DNA of 64,000 nucleotides from the human T2T-CHM13v2.0 reference genome, Homo sapiens, in NCBI RefSeq assembly GCF_009914755.1, contig NC_060947.1. One strand, 5' to 3'. The position numbers were made by a program, and so were the translations under genes. The notes beneath the pieces were generated by a model. It worked only from the letters and a program-made list of their open reading frames with translations, was not told the DNA's origin and did not search any database. Shown here one piece after another: positions 50,545 to 64,000 of this stretch; positions within the stretch are counted from its first letter, which is position 1; the number at the start of each line of letters is the position of its first letter.

Positions 50545-50947
50545 TATGTTAGGCCATTCTTGTGTTGCTATAAAGAAATACCTGAGGCTGGGTAATTTAT
50601 AAACAAAAGAGGTTTAATTGGCTCACAGTTCTGCATGCTGTACAAGCATGGCATCAACATCGAAGCTCAAAATCATGGCAAGAAGGTGAAGGAGGAAGCC
50701 TGTTTATCGCATGGTCAGAGAGGGAATAAGAGAGAAAGAAGGGAGAGGTCCCAGACTCTTTTAAACAACCAGATCTCATGTGAAACTAACTGAATGAGAA
50801 AGAACTCATCACCAAGAGGATGTTGCTAAACTATTCATGAGACATCTGCCCCCATGATCCAATCATCTTTCAGCAGGCCCCACCTCCAACACTGGGAATT
50901 ACATTTCAACATGAGGTTTGGAGGGAATACACATCCAAACCATATCG
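50545..50947 (-). mobile_element. MSTA/B MaLR solo LTR inserted in a MIR
   Basis: ttgctataaagaaatacctgaggctgggtaatttata…ggccccacctccaacactggg…catccaaaccatatc. Confidence 0.88.
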
Positions 50948-52952
50948 GGTAGTAAGCACCAGGTGAGTGTTATCTAGTAGAAGGAGGAGGAGAATACATA
51001 GAATTAACAGGACTAGAAGTAGTAATATATGTAAAGAAATATTTCAGCACTTAGAATGACATGGTTTATCCTTTTATATGCCTCACAAGAAAGAAGTCTC
51101 TTTTGCTCACCTTTGCATCCTCAGGACATGGCACCATGCCTGTTAGATGCTCCAGAAATATTTGTTACGTGAATATTCATTAATTTATTCTTTCATTTCT
51201 TAATTCATTTACAAAGAGTTGCTTTCATTGTTTTAGATTTAGTTGTTTATGCTTATTGTACCAGTGCCTATTTATACTACACTGCAGGTCTGGAAAAATA
51301 TTACATTTTAAATTTAATTTGGGTGTTGATTTGGACTCACTGAGCCTCTGAATACAAGCCTACTTGAGACAAGTATGTAGGATGTTCATTAGTTCTCAAA
51401 TACAGTTGATTTATATTTTATAACTTGAAGTACTCCTGCTTTTTAGCATCTATGTGTGAATTAGCATATAAAGATATGAGTAATTGTTTTAATGAAAATT
51501 TCACCTCTGCACCACTCTACTGTGACTTTATTGTGAATGCAATTAGGTTTACCATAGCGTTCTCCCTGTGAGCCTGTAGATAAGGCATGGAAAAATTATT
51601 TCTTTTACTATAATCCTCCTGCTTAAATATGATAGGAAGGCACCAATGAATCTAATACCATTAATGTTCTCTCTGAACTGAAACTCCTTAAATCATAAAA
51701 TATCACATAATGTCTTTTTATTAAAATATTGACATTGTTTCAAAATGTGCATTTCAGAGCAAGTTTTATATGCGTTCCTACAACATATGGGCATGTTCTT
51801 CATTTGGTCTTTCAATTAACATGATGATTAAGACGAAGCGCTTATTTCTGTTTCTGATGTGTTATGTCCCTACCACTAGTCACGTTTCCTATAATAATTC
51901 ATCACACGTTATGAAGTTTTTTTTTTTTATGTAGTTTCTTTTAAGCTTTCCTTTAATATATATCTGATGATGGAGACTTACATATAACAGAGAAGTTTTC
52001 TTTTGGAAACTTAGCATGACTATATTTTAGTTTCATTAGAAAGAAAGAGAATTAAAGGATGGATTTTTAAGAATAATTCATTGTAGAGTTGCTATACTCA
52101 AGTACTGAAGCACTTTAGGACTCATAAGGGCATCCGTGTCTTGCATAATAAAGCAGCCAAGATGGAGTAAAACGTAAAAGCAGACATCGAGGTCATTACC
52201 TAATCTGGATGGATTAGCCATCCAGATGCCTGAAGGTCAAGGACTGAACAAGATATCTCAAGGTACCTACAAATTCTATGATTTCATGTTATTAGGCTAC
52301 TGAGTATAACCAGAGACAAGATGGCCATGTGGTTGGAAATCATGTAGAATTACAGGTTAGCTCATAATAAAGGCAAAAACAATATGTCGGTTAGAAATTT
52401 CAAGTATAAGTGAGGCTAAAAGTATTTTGTGAATGGCATCACTCCATCTTTTATAAGATAACCCTATACATTTTTCTCTGTGTACTTCTATTGTAAATGT
52501 ATAGTTCTATTATCACACTTGCCATTTTACATTATTGTCGTGTATTTATGTGATGTAAATAGTTATAGGTAAGTCTTATTTATCTGTTCTCTGTAGGACC
52601 TAGCAGGGTATCTGGTACAGTATGTATCAATAATCATTAGATTAATGAACTAATAAATTAAAAGTGTTATACCCCATTAGTAACAAATGACAAGTCCCAA
52701 AATATTATTTTATTCAAAGTATTTGATGCCTTAATATTAACTGATTTGTACAGCCCATTATACATTCCAAGAGGGCAAGGGCAGTATTAAACTGCATCCC
52801 TGAACTTAACACGTTACCTGAAACATAGCAGGCACTCAAAAATACTCGAAAAAACAAACCAATAATAGCTTTCATTTATATAGCACTTCCTATGTGCCAC
52901 ACATTGTTCTAGGCACTTTAAATACAGTGACTCATTTACTTTTTACCCATAT

Positions 52953-53200
<248 letters not shown>

Positions 53201-53229
53201 CCCATATTCTTAACTAATACAAAATATGG

Positions 53230-53400
53230 GCTCTCTACATGGTATAGATCAGCTGTACTTTCAGTAAATCTGTGACTTGATTTGAAAATGGAAAAAATAG
53301 GATTCATCTCCTAAGATGTTCTGTGAATATTATATAAGGCAGTGTTTGAAGCATGCTTGGCCTAGCGTCTGGCATAGCAGAAGTTTTCAAGATATTTTTA
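53230..53400 (+). mobile_element. MIR fragment
   Basis: gaaaatggaaaaaataggattcatctcctaagatgttctgtgaatatt…gtctggcatagcag. Confidence 0.5.
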
Positions 53401-53654
53401 CTATTAAGACTATTATTATTGCTGCTATTATTAACCATCTCCTCCAATAGTTGGCATAAGAGAGGTTATACAATTCAGAAGACAAGAATAGAGAAAGCGA
53501 ATGCTATTTGTGTCATCAGCTATTTGTTGTGTTTACATTTCTGCCCCTCATCTCTATATCCTCGTAAGCACACTCCATCTTCCAAGTATTCCTAGGTTAG
53601 GTGGCATTTAATGGTATGTGTAGACCCTGAAGATTTGATTACATTGAAAACAGC

Positions 53655-53900
53655 AATAGCTAACACTTCTTTAGTGCATCTCTATGTCAGTCACTCTTTT
53701 AAGTACTTTATATATATTAACATAAAAACCCAAAGAGGTAAATGCACTATTATTATCCCCATTTTATAGAAGAGAAACTTGAGATACTGAGTAGTTATGA
53801 GAAGTTACGTGACCTGTCCAGGGTCAATAAGCTGGTAAGCAGAGCAGCTGGTAGGTGAACCCAGGCAGTCTGGCTACAAAGTTCCTATGCCATGTTGCTC
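53655..53900 (-). mobile_element. MIR SINE
   Basis: tattattatccccattttatagaagagaaacttgag…gaacccaggcagtctggct. Confidence 0.75.
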
Positions 53901-53904
53901 AGTA

Positions 53905-54140
53905 CATTTAAAACTTCTGTACCAAAAAAATCATAAACAAAATTTTAAAAACAGATGGCAGAGTAGGAAGTTGAATTTAATAGAAAAATATCTATGCAAA
54001 ATACATAAAGACTTGCAGCAAACCAAAAGAACAAACCACAAGTAATTCACAGAAGAAATACAAATAGTTAAAAATAACCAAACAACCTCACTAGCCTTTA
54101 AAGATATGCAAATTAAAACAAGATAATTTTACCCTCACAA
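53905..54140 (+). mobile_element. Old L1 (L1ME-like) fragment
   Basis: ttcacagaagaaatacaaatag…aacctcactag…gatatgcaaattaaaacaaga. Confidence 0.55.
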
Positions 54141-54204
54141 GCAAAAATAAAACAGAAAGAAAAGAGAGCAAAACAAAAAAGGAAAGTAAAAATAGGACTT
54201 TGTT

Positions 54205-55200
54205 AGTATTACCTACTCAATGTCTGCTTGGTATCTCCACAGGGATATGCAATAGTTATCATAAGTTTAACACACCCAGAATTGAGCATCTGATTCCCCT
54301 TCACACCTGCTCCTTTTACAGACTTCTCTATTTCAGAAAACGTCAGCTCCATTCAACTAGTTGCTTAGGCAAAAATATTTAGAGCCCTCTTTGACTCCTG
54401 TCTTCCTCACAACTCACGTGAACCCATGAGCAAATCCTCTCAGCTCCATTTTCAAAATTTATCCAAAATTCTGCCGTGTAGTTCAGCACCTCCACTCTTG
54501 CCTCTGTCATCCTGTGGCTGGATGGCTGTGTCCCCCTGTTACATCTCCCCCTGCTTCAGCCCTTGCCCTCCTATAGTCTTCCGTTCAACAGCCAATCGGC
54601 CAGTCGTTCCTTTATGTCTCAAGACAGATCATCACTAGTCCCTGGTCAGAACACCCCCAGGGTCTTTCCATCTCACTAAAAGTAAATATAGAGTCCTTAT
54701 TACCGTGGTCTTGGAGACTCTGCAGACTTAACCCCATCCCCTTCTTTCAGCCCCAACTCCTGCCTCTCTCATCACATTTTCCAGCCCTCTTCTCCCAGGT
54801 CCTTCTCTCCACTGCGATGACTGCCTTGATCTTTCTTATAGTTGGTTTCTCATCTGCTTTTTCTCTCTGCCGGGAGTGTTCTTTCTCTTAGAGCTCCATG
54901 CAGTTCACATCACTGCCTCCCCGTCTCAGGTCACCGCCTGAGTAGAGCTCCCCCTACTGACTGTTCCTGAAGATAGCATCCTGTCCTCACACCCTTCACT
55001 GTCCGCCATTCCCTGCATTATTTTGCTTCATCCTACTTAATATTTTATATATTAAATTGTTAATTTGTTTATTCTCTTCTTACCCCTTAAACTCCTTCAT
55101 TGACTATAATATCTGAAAGCAGAAGTTTTTTTTTTTCTTTTTCTCTGTCTCTCACTAATGCATTCCTAGCATTAGCCCTTAGCATGTAGTATCTTTTAAA
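54205..55200 (+). mobile_element. L2 3' portion
   Basis: tgtctgcttggtatctccac…ctttgactcctgtcttcctcaca…gcaaatcctctcagctccattttcaaaatttatcc. Confidence 0.75.
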
Positions 55201-55223
55201 TGAACAAAAGAATATTCAGCATC

Positions 55224-55550
<327 letters not shown>

Positions 55551-55631
55551 AGCATTGTAAGTGTTGCAAAATGTATAGGAAAGTAAATTTTCACAACTTT
55601 CTTGGAGGATTATTTGACACTACCTATAGCA

Positions 55632-56150
55632 ATTTATTTATTTATTTTTAAGTTTCAATAGTTTGAGAGGTACAGGTTTTTTTTGGTTACAAGGATTAGT
55701 TCCATAGTGGTGAATTCTGAAATTTTAGTGCACCCATCACCTGCGCAGTGTACGCTATAATGTAGTCTTTTATCCCTCACCCGCCTCCCAACGTTCCCCC
55801 CCAGTCCCCAGAGTCCATTATATCACTCTGTGTGTCTTTGCATCCTCATAGCTTAGCTCCCACCTATAAGTGAGAACATATGGTATTTGGTTTTCCATTC
55901 CTGAGTTACATCACTTAGAATAATGGCCTCCAGCTCCATCCAAGTTGCTGCAAAAGACACTATTTCATTCCTTTTTATGGCTAAGTAGTATTCCATGGTG
56001 TATATATACCGCATTTTCTTTATTCACTCGCTGGCCCGTGGGCACTTAAGTTGGTTCTATATCTTTGCAATTGCGAATTGTGCTGCTATAAACATGCACA
56101 TGCATGTGTCTTTTTCATATAATGACTTTTTTTTTTCCTTTGGGTAGACA
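55632..56150 (-). mobile_element. L1PB-type 3' end
   Basis: ttttagtgcacccatcacctg…catcctcatagcttagctcccacctataagtgagaacat. Confidence 0.88.
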
Positions 56151-56383
56151 CTTTTACCCCTCTCTTGTTTGGCTTCAAGCCAACAACTTCACAGAAATCA
56201 ATCTTTCTTTGTCCTCGTATGTTCCCTCAATCCCTAACAAATGTTCGATGACCACTTCTTGTCCAAATTCAATGGCTTTATTGCTGTTCTATATATTTCT
56301 GACCATAAAACTCCATTTAGTACTGTCAATATCAATATTTACTTTTGGGGGCAATAAATTAGACAGTTTATTAATTGAAGCAT

Positions 56384-56402
56384 GATATATGTATACACAC
56401 AC

Positions 56403-56440
<38 letters not shown>
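56384..56440. repeat. (TA)n/(CA)n microsatellite
   Basis: Direct reading of the sequence. Confidence 0.9.
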
Positions 56441-56441
<1 letters not shown>

Positions 56442-57429
56442 TACCTTTGAATGGATCTATTTATGTACAAACTACCAATGGAATTTGGACTCACAACATC
56501 GGTTATAACCAAAAGAATGTGCCATCTTGGCCTGATCTACCCCTCCTCTTTTGATATCCTTCTATGCCTATTCTTATTAAAAAGAATAAAATTGTTTTAA
56601 AAGAAAGACAATTCCACTCATTATATCACTTAATGTAATCCTTGTGTTGGCACTTTTGCCTTTCATTGATATAGTTTCAACCATAATAATATATGTAATG
56701 AAAGTTTCAAACTTTTCAGAACTGCCTATTTTTGGCGGGGAGAGGTAATGTGTACTAAAGGTAATCCATATTTTATGTAAAAAGTAAACACAAAGAAGTA
56801 AAAATCAGTTGCAATCTCATCATCTCTACACATCTCTTATTAGTTTGATGTTTATTATCTCCTTTTTTCCATTTTTTCATCTAATGGAGTCTGTTTTACA
56901 AGCTGATTTTTTATATAGTACATAATAGTTAATGTTATTAACATAATAGTTTGCTATTATGTATACTTTCATGCTATCATTTTATGGCTGAATGAAAATG
57001 CCATTTTTAACCTTGAAAAAAATCTTTTACTTGTTCTAGCAGCTTTCTTAGTTATGTTTTCTTTATTGCAAAAGTAAATATTAATAGCATCCATCCTTAA
57101 TACAAATTATACTTGGTGACTCAGTCAATTTAATATATAATCCAATTTTAAATTTTGTTGTTGTTGAATTATTAGATGTTTAATGATAAATAACAAACTA
57201 AAATATTCTAAAATCAGCCAATAATTTAAGTTTGTCTTTACATTCTCTGCTTCATTTGGCTAAAATGAATACATCTTTAAAATGACTAGATAAAATGATA
57301 GTCATTTGTCAATTAATGATAACCTTTGAGGCTTAGTATAGAAGATATATTGACAAATGGGAGGCATGTGCCAAAGCTTTTTGCATTAATTGCATCAGTA
57401 TGATAACTTTAGTCACTACGGTTCCTTCA

Positions 57430-57900
57430 AAATGTATTCACATAGGCCAACAAACCTTCAGTCATTTTAAAAAAGCAGTAGCATCTAATAGTCCAAGGCA
57501 ATAGCAATCCATGCACTTCTGTGACAGAGAGGGTGTTTCAAGAATTTTGGCAAAGACTCACACTTGAGGACCAAGGCACTAAAGGTATTCTAAGCTCAGA
57601 GAGCCAACGGCCATTGCCTGCTTAGCTGAAATGAGGTGCTGGTGTGGAGAATCTGCCCTAGGTTGTATAAGCCTTGCACAGCCTGCTTCAAAAGAGAGAA
57701 CTGGAGGAGATCTAGAGGTGTTCTGAGGGATGTGGTGTTATAAAGAGAGTCCATTTTAACTCTGCCTCACCCCTTTGTGGGCAGAGCTGTTAAATGGCCT
57801 GGTTGCTCCTGTTTTTCCTGCCTCGTGGAAACTAACCACCACTTAAGAAGTGCAACTACCCTGATGTGAGAAGTCTACTTGCATGGTCATGACAGAAGAT
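57430..57900 (+). mobile_element. Possible ancient L3/CR1 fragment
   Basis: Weak resemblance (agcagtagcatctaatagtccaagg…gaactggaggagatctagagg). Confidence 0.3.
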
Positions 57901-57947
57901 AACTAAATCACAACATCTTTGTAAATTATCACATCATGGCCTCTAAC

Positions 57948-58001
57948 TATAGGTTGGTGCAAATGTAATTGAGGTTTTTGCCATTGGAAGTAATGGCAAA
58001 G
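57948..58001. mobile_element. MADE1 mariner MITE (partial)
   Basis: taggttggtgcaaatgtaattgaggtttttgccattggaagtaatggcaaa. Confidence 0.85.
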
Positions 58002-58359
58002 TAATATTTGCAGGCAAATTGACTCACAAAAGGCTGGGCTTCTGGGACACAGGAACAATTAAATGAAGAGGGAGGAAAAGGAAAACATTTATATGTATAT
58101 GCTTCACCTTTTTAAAAAACAACCGAGAATTTGTTAACATTCATATTATACTTTTAAAGCATTTTAATTTTTCCTATTCTATAATACCTGAAGGATATGG
58201 AACAATTACACATAAACATACACAAAATTAGTTTAAAAAACCATCCATGTTCCTTCTACTCATCATTAACCACTATGAACTTGGAATATAACCTTCAAGG
58301 CATCTTTCTGTTCAATTTATGTAAATATGTCTGATTATACACAGGTGATTAGCACAGAG

Positions 58360-58625
58360 GCAGCATAACATATTAATGAAGACCAAAGCTCTCAAGACCT
58401 ATTGTTCAGGTTCAAGTCTCAGCATCCTCTCCCCCACCATCCCTTACCAGCTGTGTGACCTTGATTCATTTTCTTAACCTCCCTGTATCTTATACATATG
58501 GGTATGATACTGGTGTTTACTAATCATGGGGTTGTTATGAGGATATTTAATCACTTAGACTTAAGCTTTCTAAAGAACTTAAAATGTTCCTGGTACATAG
58601 TATGCACAAAGTTAGTGTTTATTAA
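58360..58625 (+). mobile_element. MIR SINE
   Basis: ggttcaagtctcagc…cttaccagctgtgtgaccttg…ggttgttatgagga…cctggtacatagta. Confidence 0.75.
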
Positions 58626-59763
58626 ATAGAATAATTACATTTCAAAAGAAAAATCAAAGAATAGGATAAACAGTATTTTAAAACATGCTTTCTTAAGAAT
58701 GTGGAATAAACATTCCTCATCAGTAAATACACATCTATGCTATTGATTTTTAAAAGCTGCATAGAATTTCATTTTGTGGATAAAGCATAGTTCCTGATTT
58801 TCATACATTTATGTCATTCCATTTTTTGTTTATAATACATTTCAACTTTTATTACGGGACTTTCCAAACATACAAAGGTAGATCATACAGTATAATGAAC
58901 CTTCCTGTACCCATCACCCAGGTACAATAATTACCAACACATGGTCATTCCTTGTAATATATTTTAAATACTCATTTTATTCCATCGATTCTGATAAGAC
59001 TAAGATAATGGTCTTAAAGTGAAGAGCTTCCACATCTTAAGCAACAATATTAGGGTATTTGTGTTTACGTTAGAAAGACATGCCTTACTCTGTCCTCAAG
59101 ATAATGGCTTTTATCTGATGCCAAAGTTAAAAAGATCAGTTCCTTTATTCAACTCCAGTGAACATCCTTCATTATATCTTGTTTCCTTCTGATATATCTG
59201 AGAAGAAAATGGAATAATTTAGAAGATGCCAGTGGGATAAAACACTATATTCCTAAATATAGTGCAGTTTTCAGAGCTATTTTAGCCACTGTAATTGAAA
59301 TCCTCTTGTTCTCCACTGACATATTTTGGAAGCCCATATGTTTAGAGTCTGAAATTTCATTCCAAAAATGATAGAAAGCCTCTTGATCTCAGAATGGAGA
59401 GTTACTGAACTGAATTAAAATGGGCAAAGGCTTCAGTAAACTTGAGGAAGTAATGTATGGCCTTCCACGTGGATTAATTTCACTCTCTATCCTGGGAAGT
59501 ATGGTACCCAGGTAGCCCGTGTGAAAAATATCATGTTGGTGATGTCCGTATGCTACCATATTAGAGACAAAGTCATACGTTCTGCGATGCTATTTTCTAG
59601 GCGGTTTGTTTCTTTGCATTACAGTAGTATATTCGGCACCACACAGAAGTTAAAATTATAAGAGGGAAGTAACCTTCCTTAGTGAGACTACAACTGTGAA
59701 GCTATAACTAATAGACACTAAGATAGAAATAAATTATTCTTATGATATATAACATAAGCATGA

Positions 59764-60112
<349 letters not shown>

Positions 60113-60139
60113 CAGTAGTCCATTTAAAAAAAAAAAAAA

Positions 60140-61070
60140 AAACTCATTGAGCACCTACTTTGTAACAGGTACTGTTGTAGGTGCTAGGGATAAAATATAC
60201 TTGTTTCTCCTACTGGATCTTGCTTTTCTTGGAGAAAGAAAGAAACACAATGTCTTAGTCCATTTTCTGTTACTATAACAAAATACCACAGACAGGGTAA
60301 TTTATTTTTAAAAAAGTTTATTCAGCTCATAGTCTGGAGGATGGGAATTTTAACAGCATAGTGCTGGCATCTGGTGAGAGCCATCTTGCTATGTCATAAT
60401 ATGTCGAAGGGTATCACATGGTGAGAGGGCAAGATCTTTCTTCTTCCTATAAAGCCACCAGTCCCATCATGGGGGCTCACCCTTTTGACTTTATCTAATC
60501 CTAATTACCTCCCAAAATCCCCGCCTCCAAATACCATCAATATATGAATTTGGGAATTAAGTTTCCAACACATAAAGTTTGGGGAACACATTCACACCAT
60601 AGCACACAATAAACGAGCAAAAAATACTATATTAGATCATAATAAGTGACATGAAGACTGATGCAACAAAATAAAGGAGGTAGGAGGTACCAGAGGGGAA
60701 GAATGGTTATTGTTATTTCAGATACAGTGTTCCAGGAAGAAACTGGTATCTGAGTAGAGAGTTAAAGGAAGTGAGAAAGTGCATGTTGAAATCGGTGACA
60801 GAGGTAAAGACAGGTGCAAATGTCCTGAGGCAGGAACATATAGCATGGGCATATTCTAGATAAGGCTTTGGCTTCCTTATGCTTCCTTTTTAGTGGGGAA
60901 GACAGAACGCAAAGCAAATGCAAAATAAATAATATGCAGTCAGGTTGAGATTAGTGTTATGGAATAAAAGAAGAGAGAGTAAACAATGGGGGAAGGAACA
61001 ACATTAAGTAGGATAATCAGGAGACTTCTCTGGAGAGATGACCCTTACCCTCAGACCTAAATGATACACT
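60140..61070 (-). mobile_element. L2 fragments split by an MST LTR
   Basis: cattgagcacctactttgtaacaggtactgttgtaggtgctagggata…aggtgcaaatgtcctgaggcaggaac. Confidence 0.7.
60251..60604 (-). mobile_element. MSTD-like MaLR solo LTR
   Basis: tgtcttagtccatttt…catagca with perfect 5-bp TSD cacaa (60246-60250, 60605-60609). Confidence 0.88.
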
Positions 61071-61469
61071 ACAAAATAAATGCCTGTACAATCACTAAAG
61101 GATTAACACAAACTGAAGGTAAAAACCATTGTGTAAGCGTTTTCCTGAATTCAAGAATTAGATTATTATTCTGAAGCTATTTTAATATTGGGAAAATCTT
61201 GTTAGCATTTTTTTCTAACAAAGTTCAAATAATGATTTCTGAAATTTAATTCTACCTAATACTAGTTGTACTTTAGAAAAATAACCAAAATGAGCTGCAG
61301 AAGTATTTTACTTTATTATAATAAATATTACAGTATGCATCATGAAATGAAAGAAAAATAATCCTTTGCCTATAGTTTTATTATCTCCAAATGAGTAGAA
61401 ACTGAATGATGCATTTGGCAAAGCACATAAAACTTCACTTAAGAGATGTCTGTTAATACTTGCTGAGTG

Positions 61470-61670
61470 GAAAATAATAGCTAGCATTTGTTTGAACGCT
61501 TGATGTGTGCCAGGTGGGACACTAGGGATTTTACAAACACTAATCCATTTAAGACTCATACACCTCTGCAAGGTATGTAGTACTATTTTTCCTCCTAAGT
61601 AGCCTGAGTCAGTGTCAAAGAGGATTCTGTCTTGGGTCTATGTGATTTCAAGTACTGTGCTCCTTTAACC
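61470..61670 (-). mobile_element. MIR fragment
   Basis: aataatagctagcatttgtttgaacgcttgatgtgtgccagg. Confidence 0.6.
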
Positions 61671-61954
61671 CCACTCTTAATTGTGAAAATCTTTATCACA
61701 GGACTCTGAAACTTCCTGTGATTCACTTTCTCCATGGTGTCCACAGTCCTTTCATGCTATATGTACCACAAATAGCATGAAAGGACTTCCTTTTAACCTA
61801 AAGCCTTTTTACAATTAACCCTTGCAATTTACGCTTTTTGATTTTTGTGGTTAGTGTCTGTTCTTGTCAAAATTGTGAATTAGAGCAAGTTTCTCCTTGA
61901 TGTCATCACACTTCTTTGAAGTCATCAAGCATTTAGTTCTCATTAGGCAGAACA

Positions 61955-62440
61955 GGCCCTGGCGACTCAAAGTGTGAGCAGGAGCCAGCAGCATCAGCAG
62001 CATCCCCAAATCTGCTCAACAAGAGTATTAACAAGATCCCCATGGAATCTGTAGGCACATTAAAGTTTGAGAAGCGCAGCGTTAGGCCAGCATCAGCAAC
62101 ACTTGGGACCTTGCTAAAAATGCATTATTTGTACCCGAAGCTCCAGGAATGTGGCCCAAGAATCTTTGTTTTAACAAGCCCTGCAGGTGATTCTAATGCA
62201 TGCTCCTAGAGAGTTACTCTTTCTCGGGATTGACATCAGCAATACCGACCTGTTGCAATAAATCAGTCATTCTCAAGTCTGTCTGCATATGAGAATGCCC
62301 TGGAAAGCTTGTAGATCCCAGGTTCCATTCCAATATAGTTGGTCTCAACTATATTCCAATCTGCAGGATGGGACCATGGCATTAGTGTGTTGTTCGTTTG
62401 TGTTTGTTTGTTTTCCTGTGGGCTCCTCAGTGTTAAAAAT
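61955..62440. mobile_element. Three adjacent MER5-type MITE fragments
   Basis: ctcaaagtgtg…ggcacattaaagtttgagaagc; cagcatcagcaacacttggg…ttttaacaagccctgcaggtgattctaatgca; cagtcattctcaag…. Confidence 0.65.
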
Positions 62441-62539
62441 CATTGCCATAGAATTAGAAGATCAGTATTTTACCACTCTCAAGGGATTTACTTTTTAGGA
62501 GAAATTCGAATCTCCCCAAAATAGTGCCCAAAGGACTAA

Positions 62540-62752
62540 TCTAAACACCTGAGTTACCTTCACTGACTATATAACTGCCACTTCTGCCCTTCAGCATGAC
62601 ACTATGTCTCTTTCCTCATTGAAAAATACATAAAAGGGAAAATTGTAACCTCTCTATTCCCATTGGACTATTGTTGAGATGAACAAATGAGTGTGAGAGT
62701 AGGCACTTGAGAATTCTCAAGTGCTATACAAAAAAAAAAAAAAAAAAAAAAA
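62540..62752 (+). mobile_element. MIR fragment ending in A23
   Basis: tctctttcctcattgaaaaa…ctattgttgagatgaacaaatgag…aagtgctatac(A)23. Confidence 0.5.
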
Positions 62753-62984
62753 GCTCTTGGTCTATCTGAGGGTGGGATGCAGCTCTGCTCTGATGTGTAA
62801 TTATGGATAAGTGGTCAGAAGTTCAGAAGTTCTCAGACATCACAGGGACTGCAGCTTTTTATTTGTTTGTGGTGTCAGCTGAAAAAGTGCTAATGAGATA
62901 CACTGGGGACAGCCTATGGAAAATAATCTCATGAAATTTTTAGAAAAAGGGAGTATCTATGATGATAGTTCTGAAACTCCAAAG

Positions 62985-63168
62985 CTGTGCTCCTCAGACT
63001 TTAATGTACACATGAAACTCTTGGGGATCTTGTTAAACAATACTGAATCACAACAACAAATTGTGATTCAGTAAGTCTAGGGTGAGGGCTGACAGTCTGC
63101 CTTTCCAACAAGCTCCCAGGTGATGGCAACAATGCTGATTCGTAGACCACACTTTTGAGTAGCGAGGG
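62985..63168. mobile_element. MER5A MITE
   Basis: ggggatcttgttaaa…gattcagtaagtctagggtgagggc…aacaagctcccaggtgatg…gaccacacttttgagtagc. Confidence 0.8.
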
Positions 63169-64000
63169 GCTAAAAACATACACAATAATTAGGCCTGTTA
63201 TTTTGCAGATGCCAGTGTGATTAATGAATCCTGCCTATGATAACATTCACGAGTCTGCCCTGAACATTTTTCTGTTCTTTTAACCCTGATTGCCTTTGCC
63301 CTGTAGCTCACATATGATCTGTACCTCCTCTTTCTTGCTTACATATAATAGAGCATATTTTATATATACTCATATCCAGTTATAATTCTCTAACTATGAG
63401 CAATTGTTTTGTTGAGTTTTGTTGTCAGTGTTCATATCATAAATTGCCTCCCCCAACCTTCTTTCATCTCTACAATTCCTTTCACTCTTCTTTTTGAACT
63501 GGCCTGTGAGTGTGCTGTTCTTGCCAGATTAAATGAATCAGTCAATGGGAATCTTATTCTTAAGTGTATTGGATCAGATATGTACAAGTGTTGCTCATGA
63601 GGAGAGAAAAGAAGATGGGCGTGCATGCTATTGATTAATGTAGTCACAGAAATGCACTGGTCAATATGATACAAGCTGTTTGCAACCGTAATAGTCCTGT
63701 GCTGAGGACTATTAAAAAACTGAATTGGTTACCACTATAACCACTACAGTTATGCTTTTATTTGGGTAAAAATAATCTAGCATGTTGTGGTTTAGCAACA
63801 GAATGCTGAAGAACACCCCGATGTGATGTTTGAAGGAGAAAATCCAATCTATTCAGCCTAATGGTTTGCTACAGTAGTTGAAAAAGGCATAAAAAATCCA
63901 ATCTCCTGGGTAGATGTAGCTCATTGAGTGGGGCATGGGCTGGATTTCCATACCCATCATTCCTTGGCTAGTTCTCTTCTGCAGGACGTGACCTTCACAT

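Noticed and set aside
51817-51864. ATGATGA…CTGA box C/D-like pair
   Set aside because: Only 37 nt from box C to box D, and no proper terminal stem in K-turn register.
58690-58725. Possible hammerhead core (CTGATGA plus GGAAT/ATTCC stem on the minus strand); other CTGATGA hits at about 1005, 11792, 45423 and 51964
   Set aside because: No GAAA directly after stem II and no stems I/III in any case I checked.
62730-62752. Orphan poly(A)23 (also poly-T at about 15918-15940)
   Set aside because: No TSD or upstream retrocopy body; most likely slippage expansion rather than a processed pseudogene.

Overview
This is AT-rich primate genomic DNA, almost certainly human, because it carries an AluYb8 insertion (a human-specific subfamily) at 52955-53200. 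Roughly half of the window is interspersed repeats: Alu/FLAM, L1 fragments of many ages, L2/MIR, ERV1 and MaLR solo LTRs, hAT and mariner MITEs, and microsatellites. I recognise no protein-coding exon, rRNA, tRNA or CRISPR array. The ORF track is explained by Alu, L1, LTR and simple-repeat sequence or by chance. L1s and LTRs lie mostly on the minus strand, which suggests a large intron of a + strand gene (inference). The best-supported oddities are retrotransposition events readable from target-site duplications (TSDs): a very young, possibly polymorphic AluYb8; an L1 with a short 3' transduction; a tailless 85-nt Alu; and an L1PB with an internal deletion. More speculative are a minus-strand TATA/MEF2/YY1 promoter with a first-exon candidate, a few exon-like segments, and several long hairpins in unique DNA. 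Repeat family names come from recalled consensus sequences, and boundaries without TSDs are approximate. I did not find a demonstrably new biological system.
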